From the NCBI RefSeq assembly GCF_001194135.2, contig NC_068998.1:35156433-35220432 (forward strand): a stretch of DNA of 64,000 nucleotides, read 5' to 3'. The position numbers and the translations under genes were made by a program. Under the pieces are notes generated by a model. That model had not been told where the DNA came from. It saw only the letters and a program-made list of their open reading frames with translations, and made no database searches. Below, piece after piece: positions 44,904-56,444 of this stretch. The DNA is from Octopus bimaculoides. Lineage: Eukaryota. Positions within the stretch are counted from its first letter, which is position 1; every line of letters begins with the position of its first letter.

Positions 44904-47900
44904 ATATGTATGTATTGACCAGACTATCAGATGTTATATGCTGCTGGTCACAATACACTTCTAATTCTTTCTTGATTGTGGCCCTCCTTATCCATCTTGG
45001 AATAATTCAGTTAACTAAAATGTCTTCCCATCATTATGGAGGCCTTCCAACTCTTTTTTTTCCATCTCTCAACAACTGCACAGGTCCACCTGTTGTCTGT
45101 GAACCTTGCAACATGTCCAACCCAGTAAAACTTCTGCTTTTGATATCCTGCAATCATGTCATTCATTCCACTCTGTTCTCGACTTACCTCATTTTAGATA
45201 TGCTCTTACAACAATGCTCCTAGAATGGCTTTTTTCATGGCCCTTTGTGTCATAGCCTATTGATGTTCTTTATTCTGCCTTATGCTACATTTTCAGACCA
45301 CATGTATTTTATTTGCATGCAATTAATTTTAAGGCTGACTGCTGAACTATGGGTGTCTAGCTCTGTCAGCATGGTCTACAGCCGAACTGTGGTTTCAGCA
45401 ATGAGTATAGAACAAATGAAAGAATACAAGTTGCTTCTGCGTCACTGTCATTAACTACAAAACGGCCTTTGGTAATAATGTCATCAATGCAGGGCTGAAA
45501 ACTCTGGAAATGTAAAGAGCTGGAAGGCAATTCATCAAGCTACTCAGCGATGTGAACTCTGGATGCACCACTAACCCTAACCCTAACCCTGCTACCATTA
45601 CCAGTAAGTGTTGTTACCAGGAATGGTGTCAAACAAGGAGATACCACCTCTCCAAATTTCTTACTCTCTGAGTGGTTGGCATTAGGAAGGGCATCCAGCT
45701 GTAGAAACTCTGCCAAATCAGACTGGAGCCTGGTGTTGCCATCCGGTTTCACCAGTCCTCAGTCAAATCGTCCAACCCATGCTAGCATGGAAAGCGGACG
45801 TTAAACGATGATGATGATGATGATGATGATGTCAGGAAACAGTCATCAGAGACATTGACTGGACAGGGGCTGTGAACATCAATGATGAGCTACTAACACA
45901 CTCTGATGACATCATGCTCACTGCTGAAAAAGAAAACACGCACACATTTGTGTTTGTGTATATATATGTAGATAGGTAAATGTGTATGTGTGCATGTATT
46001 TATACACACACACACATACATATATAAGAGACTCTCTTCAAGCGTTTCTTATATTCCATAGTATTTACCCTTAATAATGAATTCACAATTCAAAATAAAA
46101 GCAGAAAGAAGAAAAAAACTGTTACTGGCATTAGATATTTATATAAGCACCAAATGGAGACAATGCAACAGATAAACTCATTAATAGGATTTGAACCATA
46201 TACCTATTGCTTGCCTTGAAATCATGTCACCAATGAAGTTACAGACCTCCTACCAGTCTATTTTCTCAAATTAGATACATTTTTTTCTTCTGCTGTTTCC
46301 ACTAAACATTTTGCTTTCAGCAAGTTCACTCATCAATCACTAAGTGATAACAGGATAGCTTACACTGATAATAATAGATAAAAGAAATCACTGTTTATGT
46401 ATATTATATTATGACTGTATGCTTGTAATGAGAAATAAGATCTGGAATCAAATTTTAAATTTAATTAATGCTGGCATGGCTGCATGGTAAGAAGTTTGCT
46501 TCCCAGCCACATGGCCTTGGGTTCAATTCCACTGCATGGTACTTTGGGAAAATGTCTCCTCATAAAGCTCTTGGTTGATTAAAATCTTGTGAGTGAATTT
46601 GACAAATGGAAGCTGAAAGAAGTGTGTTGTGTATAAATATATATTTATATAAACCACTACCAGGACTAGAGAAGAAATTTCAGGCATAAAAGCAAGGTCT
46701 AGAGTCAAAGGGCCTTAGAGTTAATCTATTAAAATCAAAGTCTTAGTAAGTAGGAGAGCAGACAAATCGCAAATCTCTTCTGGTAGATGGCCTTGCTCGA
46801 TCTGCAGGAAAGGCATAGGTATTAACTCCATAAGATGTGCTCTGTGTAAGTTATGGACACATAAGAGGTGCAGCAATATCAGAGGAAGGTTAACAGGGAA
46901 AATAGTTTTTGTGTGTGGAAGGTGCACAGGTACAATTAACACCAAAAATGTACAGAAAATAGACTCCATCAAATGCCAGGAGGGTAAACTAGAAGTAGCT
47001 GGTAGCTTCCATTACCTAGGTGACCAAATCAGTAGTGGAGGTGCATGCTCTTGGAGCATAGCTGCTAGAATAAGAATAGGCTGGGCAAAATTCAGAGCGC
47101 TACTACCTTTGTTGATAACAAAGGGCCTCTCCCTTTGAGTGAAAGGCAGATTGTATGATGCCTGTGTGCAAACAGCTATGCTACACGACAGTGAAATATG
47201 GGCTGTGACTGCTGAAGACATGTGTAGGCTTGAAAGAACGGAAGCTTCACTGGATGTGCAATGTCAGTGTGCATGCACAACCAAATGTAAACACCTTGAG
47301 AGAAAAGTTGGACATAAGAGGCATCAGATGTGGTGCGCATGAGAGATGACTGTGCTGGTATGGTCATGTAATGTGTATGGACATGGATAGCTGTGTGAAG
47401 AAGTACCGATCTCTGAAGATGGAGGAAGCCTGTGGAAGAGGTAGACCCAGGAAGACATGGGATGAGGTGGTGAAGCATAATCTTCAAATGTTGAGCCTCA
47501 TAGAGGCAATGACAAGTGACTGAGACCTTTGGTGATATGCTGTGCTTGAGAAGACCCATCAAGCCAAATGAAATCACAGTCATGGCCGGTGTCAGTGTTG
47601 CATAATTGGCACTCATGCCAGTGGCACATTAAGGGCTCCCTTTGAACACTGAGCAATATGCTGTTCTTGAGAAGACCCATCAAGCCAAGTGAAATTATAG
47701 TCATGGCCGATGACAGTGTCAGGTAACTGGCACCTGTGCCATTGGCACATGAAAAGCACCCTTCAGACTTAGGGCATTACAGAGGCATTGACTGAGACCT
47801 TTGACAATATACTGTACTTGAGAAGACCTGTGAGGCCAAGTGAGATCACAGTCATGGCCGATGTTGGTGTTTGATAAGTGGCACCTGTGCCAGCAGCACA

Positions 47901-48086
47901 TAAAAAACTCCCACTACACTCTTGGAGTGGTTGGCATTGGGATGGACATCCATCTGTAGAAATCTTTGCTAAATCAGATTGGAACTTGGTGCTGCTCTTC
48001 AGCTTACCAGTTTTCAGTCAAACCATCCAGTCCATGCTAGCACGGAAGACCAATGTTAAATGATGATGATGATGATATATACATAA

Positions 48087-48164
<78 letters not shown>

Positions 48165-51100
48165 GTACATAATGTATTGTTCTGTGATAGAAAATTCAAC
48201 AAAAAAAGTACTCCATCTGGTGAGAGATGAATATTATTTATTTGAAGGATACAATACATGTAGTTAAGCGCTACTAATAGTTTCATATGTTGAGAAATAT
48301 CTCAAACATATTCTGCAGGCATAAACCACACATCATAACAAACTAAAGAAATTGAATAATAGAAGAACTGCAAAAAAAAAAGACTGAGAAGGCAGCTTAT
48401 ATAAAAAATGCAGACAGCAAACAACAGAAAGCAAAAGCACAAAAACTAAAAAGTAAAAAGGTTAAAAAGCTATCCTCCTTAGATCTTAAATAATAAGGCT
48501 GGAAAGCTATCAAGTCAGTCAGGAATAGGTGGAATTTTCCAATTCTTCAAAATATGTTTATACATAGGCATGCAACCACTGAAAATTTCTGACCTAGAAT
48601 TCAATAGAACGTTAGGAATCTTAGATCTGAACAGGATCTGCACCCTTTCAACTAAACAAATCCTACACTTATTCAGTCCATTTACATAAGGTATGGATTT
48701 TCCAGTTACTTTCCATTTAATCACATGTGGTGTTTCATTATCTTTCAATGACCATACGTAGCTAGACAACTTAGCAGCTTTACTTTTGTCTCTATGTCAG
48801 AAGGAGGCTATGTGATCGGCATAGCAATTTTTACATTCACCTTCACATAATCCAGTATAGGTTTTCTTATCAGTTGTATTATTATTTAGGGTTGCAGTAA
48901 CTTCTGCCTCATATATGATAGATCTAGTCATACATCGTTGGTCAAGTGGACAGGATCCTGGGTCACGACAGTTGCAACTGGATTTAGGTTCTTGGTATTG
49001 ACCACATGTAATGATACTCTTTGTATTCTGTGATAATTTCCCAGAATGCCTATTAAATAGTTTCCTTTATCTGTGAGTTGCTGGAAAGTGTTTGTCTAGG
49101 AGAGAGAGAAATCTTTTACCTATGTTAGTTTTTATATTTAGGGAAAAGGGAGGGGTGAACCAAATAATTTTCCTTGGCCTATTTTTAGGTTTCTTATTAT
49201 TATTCTGATTAACACTAGAGTGGTTATGTACTACTTTATCTTTGATGCCACTAGATCTATTATTATTATTTTGATTATTATTAGAGGGATTATATATTAA
49301 TTTATGTTTGAAGCCATTGTTGTCTAGGGTATTGTTATAATAGGGGGCAGCTTTCTGTGTGTGTGTGTGTGTGTATTTATGTATGTGTGTCTTTGTGTTT
49401 GTGTTTTATCTCCAACTGCCACTTGCCAGTCAATGCTGGTTTATTTATATCCCCATAACTTGGTTTGGCAAAAGAAACTGATAAAATAAGTACCATTCAA
49501 GGTAATGCTCCAGTATGACCACAGTACAATGACTGGAACAAGTAAAAGAAAAATATACCAGGTGGTCCAAATAGAAAAGTTGATGGCTTTTATTCAACCA
49601 ACTATAAAACAATAAATCTCAGCTCAATTTAAATTTTACTTATTGAAATAATATTTAAAATCTGTACATTTTTTTTCCAACATGGTACATATCTATTTAT
49701 TCCAGTAACAGGGTTTTGGAGTTGTTCTTTAAAGTATTTTAAACTGATGCTTACACTAATAATAAAAGATATATTAAAGAAATCACTGTAAATGTCCATC
49801 ATATTTTGGATATATGCTTGTAGTGAGAAATAAGCCTTTGGATAAAATTTTAAATCAAATGAATGCAGGTGTGGCTGCCTGGTAAGAAGTTTGCTTCCCA
49901 ACTACATGGTGTTAGGTTGTTAAAGCCGTTTTGTAGAAATCTGTCTATAAGCTTAAAGATAGTGGTAGCCAGTAGGAAAGAGGTCTAGTGACTAAGTTGG
50001 ATGAGGAAGTGTTTCTGTAGCCCAGTTCTCTCAATTTCTGTAGTCATTTGTGTAGTATGTAGACAGGGATTGCAATAAAAAAAATTGATCCTTTTCAACA
50101 GATCAGTGCTGTATGTAAACTGATGCTGTTCTTGGTGCATTTCAATTATTTCTTGGCAATGCTCCTCTATTATGATGGTTTCATTGGGATTCCAGAAATA
50201 GCAGTGGATGATTTCACTTATCAACCACCAGACTGACTGTAACCTTTTAATGTAGTTCTTTCTGGTTCTTCACCTTGATCGAGCTACTGCTTGGAATGCC
50301 ACTGGTTGTCATAAAGAATTTATTTTTGATCTCACAATGCAATCAAGAAATACATATTTTTTAATGTGCTAAAGAAACGCTGAGCAAACTTCATAGCAGT
50401 TATTTTTGTCTACATTTGCTCGGTTTAATTGTTTTGTCCAGTGTGGTGCAACTGTAGAATGACCAATGTTTTGTTTTGCATGGGTCCACTTAAATTATGG
50501 TCCTCAGTAGGTTATTGCAGAAACTAATGCACAAGCTTCCTCAAGTCTCTTCTCATTAAACATATGAATTGTTTTTAATCAATGTTTAGCTGAACATTTA
50601 TTGACATTCTCCTCATCTAAATGCTTGGTTGATATTGCATGCATTCCCAGTTTTGTGTTCCGTTTTGAACTCCTGCAACAGAATCATTTGAATTTACTTT
50701 TGTTTTTAATCTGACAGTCTAAATTTAGAAATAAAATAAACAATGTAAGCAGAATCATTAGCATAAGTCAGTAGACCAAAATTTGCATCTCAAAATTTTA
50801 TGTTACTTGAATATAGTTAAATGAAAGTTTATTCCAAGAGAGAATTAACATTTAAAACTACAAAAAAAAAATGCAATTACTTTGGCACCAAATTAATATT
50901 GCGATAATTCTAGTTTGATATTTTCGCTTGTCTCTTTGTTTTCTCTCTTCTGAGAAGTAATATATTTTTGTTCACTGATTGTTCTCCCCTTTTTTCTTAA
51001 AAGCTAAAAATAGCAGCCCAATACAATGCAAGAGGAATGATCTTGTACACAGACCCAGCGGACTTCAACATTGGTGAGAATCAAACATATCCATATACAT

Positions 51101-54100
51101 GGTGGCTACCTGAACAGGCTGTGCAGAGAGGAACAGTGGGTTCTGATGGAGACTACTTGACACCATTATATCCTGCTACAGGTAAGGTTATGTGTGTGTG
51201 AGTTGATGAGAAAGAGAGTGGTACAGATGGTTGAGAGCCTGAATTAGGAGCTTTTTATTTAGCATTTTATCTTTCATTTTCCTTGTTTAGATGGTTGAGA
51301 ATGAGTGAGATGTTGCTACTTTGATTTATGAGATCAACCATGTTTACATCCTGATGTCCTTCTTACTGTTAACTACTAAATCTTAAAATATAAAAGGAAC
51401 ATGGATTTCCAGACAAACTGAAGTCAGTTATGGACCCCTCTTAGAGGTACTACATCATGGCTGTAGTAAAATTTGAACTTAACTCTATGTGTTCAATAAT
51501 CTATCACCTTTGTAACCCTTAGAACTGATTAAGTCAGCTGTTAACAGCCTTCTTAAAGCAAAATTATCATAGCACACTTGACAGAATTTATATTTAGTAT
51601 GATTTTATGCTGAGTTCAAACCCTATGAGGTTGACTTTACTTTTAATCACCTTTGGATCGATAGCACAAGTCCCAGTAATATAAGGATTTTGATTTAGTT
51701 GACTTATATCTAGAAACAAATGTCAAATCAAACAGAAAAAAAATCAATATTATTAAGTCAGTATTGGTGGAATTGTTTGTTTTTTAAACAGATGTGTGGT
51801 TGAAGACGTATCAGCTATGATCTTTCCATCTGTCTCTTGGTCAGGGTGTATTTAAGACTTTTTTGTCTAATGCTTCCTTCATTTCAGGGGCAGTGAAATA
51901 TGATTTGAAGGGATTTTAGCTGCTATTTCTACAAGGTTAACTGATCAAATAGTGACTGACATTGATGCAAATGATAGGTGGCAACACTGGACATGACATA
52001 TTGGAATTTTGGACCACTTACTAACTTTAATTCTAGCCAAAAATAATTTATGTTTTATAACTTCTCTCAATCAAATTAAAGAATAAGGGCAAATTGTATA
52101 CTAGCATCAAATCTATCCACAATACCTTGATTTCATAAAGTTTAAGCCTCTTAAAAAAGGGGGAAAAATAACAATTTCCTAAGTGAACTCCAGTAGAAAT
52201 ATACCCCTAGTATGTCTCTTTTTAGTTTGTGGAGGAGGTTATAACTGTAGCATTTTCAATCACTTCTAAATTGAGGATTAGAATCATCATCATCATCATC
52301 ATCATAGTTTAACGTCCGCTTTCCATGCTAGCATGGGTTGGACGATTTGACTGAGGACTGGTGAAACCGGATGGCAACACCAGGCTCCAATCTAATTTGG
52401 TAGAGTTTCTACAGCTGGATGCCCTTCCTAACGCCAACCACTCAGAGAGTGTAGTGGGTGCTTTTACGTGTCACCCGCACAAAGGCCAGTCAGGTGGTAC
52501 TGGCAACGGCCACGCTCGAAATGGTGTCTTAATAATTAGATGAATTTAGAATGGTTAATGCAGTTTGAATTTATGGTGGCTAGTGGCTGCAGAGAAAGCA
52601 GGGAAAAGAAGAAAGTTTCAAAGAGATATAGTTCTAAGAAAAAAAGGAATGGAAAATGTATTTCGACTGGGTTTATTATTGTGATACACAGCTGAGAAAA
52701 GTAGTTAGTTTCCCTAGTAGCTTTTAAATGTGGTGCGTATAGAGTTAGTAACCTCATGGGTGTAAATACTAATATGATATTAAAATGGATCTTTATCAGT
52801 TTTAGCAATACATATTTGTCTATTTGATCAACTGAATTACTTGCTTATTGAATTATGGTGAAAGAGGCTGACAATGCCACAGATATTCTAATTTTGAAGT
52901 TGAATTAGTGTTACATTGTATGACAAAACTGGCTGAATCTTTAAATTACAAGTTTAATCCTCCTGATAGCTTTCTAAACACCCAATTTTATTCACAAGGC
53001 TTGAGGCTATAGTAAAACACACTTGTCCAAGATGCCATACAATTGGCTCAAACATACGACTCTGTGGTTGCAAAACAAGCTCCTTAACCCTTTATCCAGA
53101 TATATATTTAGAGAAGTATTTTTATCAGATGGATGGTCTTTTGGGATTGTGAGCTCTTAATTTAAATATTCTTATTTAGATCGAGTATGCAGTGAACAAA
53201 TGACTCTTGAATCAAAGTCATTTCAACCACATCTTCCCACCTTTTATCAAAGCATATTATACCCCCAGACTATTTTATCCAATGTTTTCTTTTTTTAGGT
53301 TATTAGGATGTGGTGTTGGAGTGATTTTGTTGTTATTTCTAATTGTTCAAACAGCCACATAGGAGCTCCATCATTGGATGTTTAAAGCAGTCATCCTTGA
53401 TGTGTGATCAATAGCCACATCAATGGTGGCTGCAATATAGGATCTATTTAATATCTTGAACAGGGTTCAAGCTATTTCGTTTTACTTTTGCTACTATTGC
53501 TTATGTGAAAGCTAAGACCTGAAATAACTTTGTTTTCTATTCCTAGAGGTGAAATGAATATTGTTTTTTTCTTTCTGTTTCATCCTCTCTGGTCTGTAAA
53601 TCTAGGCCTTTGTGCTCTCATGAAGAAGGTGTCTTTTAGGCTGCTTCATTTCTTTTTGTATCCAGAGTTTATCCAATTTTTTTTTTTCTCTCCCAGATAT
53701 TTTTCAGTGTATTTGTTCCTACAATTCTACCTTTCACTCAGCCAGATGTTACCATAAGTGTAAAACTACAACAGTAAAAACAACAGAAACTGTAGTAGTG
53801 GTGGTGGTGTATAAATCAATAGGATTTATTGATAAATTGAAGAACAGATTTGTGTGTTGTCTATTCAGCAAGACTCACTCACATTCATATGTCTATTCAG
53901 CAAAACCCATCTACAGGCACATTCAGATCTATAGATATATAAACAGATACATGCATACATTTATATAGAAACATTCATACACACGCAATCGGAAATATGC
54001 AAATAAACTTTCGTGTATGCATGCAAACATATGCATATGTGTACATACACACATACATTAAACCAGAAGTGAGAAAGAGAGTGTAATAGAAAAAGAAATA

Positions 54101-54716
54101 AAGATGGTGAGAGAAAGAAAAGCTAATATTAGGAAGAAAAAGAAAGGAAGAGAATTTGAAAGAAAGACAAGATGGATAAAACAATTTCATATTCATAAAT
54201 ATTTACAGCAAATCTGAGGAAATTTGAACATTTATTCCAAATGTGATTCTTCCCATAGATTCTGTGAGTGTTTTCTCTCTATCTCTTATCTTTGCTTTCT
54301 GTGAAAGCACCTTAGCTAAAATAAACAGTGCTTGTGAATCCAGACATACTCTCCAGGCAGAACCATTTTATTTTATTCATTCTACTGGTACCTTTACTCT
54401 TTTATAGTTTACTCTTTCATTTTTTTTTTTTTTACATTCTCTGGAATATAACCATGCTGGAGCACTACCTCGAGTGATTTTTATTTGATCATATCAACCC
54501 ATGTCTAACGTATATTTTAGTGATCTCTTTTTTTATCACACTGTTTGGTTATGGGATATAAACACAGGAAACATTTTTTTAAATAGTGTTAACGAAAAGA
54601 CATAGAGATAAACATATGCATACACACACATGTAAGTGTACATACACATGCATGTGCATACACATCTGTACATGTCTATATATTATCAGTATCATTTTAT
54701 CATCCATTTTCCCATT

Positions 54717-54772
<56 letters not shown>

Positions 54773-56395
54773 NNNNNNNNNNNNNNNNNNNNNNNNNNNN
54801 NNNNNNNNNNNNNNNNNNNNNNNNNNNNNNNNNNNNNNNNNNNNNNNNNNNNNNNNNNNNNNNNNNNNNNNNNNNNNNNNNNNNNNNNNNNNNNNNNNNN
54901 NNNNNNNNNNNNNNNNNNNNNNNNNNNNNNNNNNNNNNNNNNNNNNNNNNNNNNNNNNNNNNNNNNNNNNNNNNNNNNNNNNNNNNNNNNNNNNNNNNNN
55001 NNNNNNNNNNNNNNNNNNNNNNNNNNNNNNNNNNNNNNNNNNNNNNNNNNNNNNNNNNNNNNNNNNNNNNNNNNNNNNNNNNNNNNNNNNNNNNNNNNNN
55101 NNNNNNNNNNNNNNNNNNNNNNNNNNNNNNNNNNNNNNNNNNNNNNNNNNNNNNNNNNNNNNNNNNNNNNNNNNNNNNNNNNNNNNNNNNNNNNNNNNNN
55201 NNNNNNNNNNNNNNNNNNNNNNNNNNNNNNNNNNNNNNNNNNNNNNNNNNNNNNNNNNNNNNNNNNNNNNNNNNNNNNNNNNNNNNNNNNNNNNNNNNNN
55301 NNNNNNNNNNNNNNNNNNNNNNNNNNNNNNNNNNNNNNNNNNNNNNNNNNNNNNNNNNNNNNNNNNNNNNNNNNNNNNNNNNNNNNNNNNNNNNNNNNNN
55401 NNNNNNNNNNNNNNNNNNNNNNNNNNNNNNNNNNNNNNNNNNNNNNNNNNNNNNNNNNNNNNNNNNNNNNNNNNNNNNNNNNNNNNNNNNNNNNNNNNNN
55501 NNNNNNNNNNNNNNNNNNNNNNNNNNNNNNNNNNNNNNNNNNNNNNNNNNNNNNNNNNNNNNNNNNNNNNNNNNNNNNNNNNNNNNNNNNNNNNNNNNAT
55601 TACAGTAAATATTTTTACTAATGTCAGCATGGAATACTTTCAGCTAAATGAGGATATATATGTATATCCATATCAGGCTTGCATCCAGTTTCTATTTACC
55701 AATTTCACTGACAAAGCATTGGTCAATCTTAGAGGAAGGCTACAGAAGTGGTCATTTGTCCAAAATGCCTTGCCATGAAACTGAAAGTGATATCAAGTGG
55801 TTGTGAGTGGAGATTCTTAGCCACACTGTTACACCCACTCCAGTGCAAATGAAAATAGTAGAACATGAAGTGTTGACCTCTCTGCTATAATTTTTTTTTT
55901 TTCCCAGTAGTCTATTGATCAGCTGCTTATGTAACCCAATAGTTTTGTCTATCTAGTTTTATATCTGGCCACCAAATCGCAGAATTTTATAACAGCAGTG
56001 ACAGTAGGATCTTCTGATAGTTTGCATTGATGGCCAAATTCAATTTCCCTTGTTGGTATGGGCAGGAGAAATGCTGGATTCTCATTCATGTCATCTTTAT
56101 ACCCTAATACCATTGTATCATGAAACTGTCGTGGTCTCTCATTCTCACAGATAAATTGTCTCAGTTTTGTATGAATTTTTTTTATATATATTTCTTTTTA
56201 TACATGCTGGTTTGAATTTCAGCACTCACCTTAAAAATTTAGTCTTCTCACATTTTAAGTAATCAGTAGAGTAATAGAATATCTGCATTTCATTCTAGCC
56301 CTTTGAGAACAACCCATTAGATAGAGTTTACTTCATTTTTATTTCATTTTCACTTGCAGTTTAAATCTATTCAAGTGTATGTACATATGCACATG

Positions 56396-56444
<49 letters not shown>

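Noticed and set aside
47521-47910. CRISPR-like repeat-spacer array
   Set aside because: The units are long, imperfect, contiguous tandem duplications in a LINE 3' UTR of a eukaryote, with no unique spacers or cas genes.
53299-53365. Cryptic exon after a strong polypyrimidine AG ([20 protein letters not shown])
   Set aside because: It stops quickly, has no matching donor and is not needed, because the flanking exons already join in phase.
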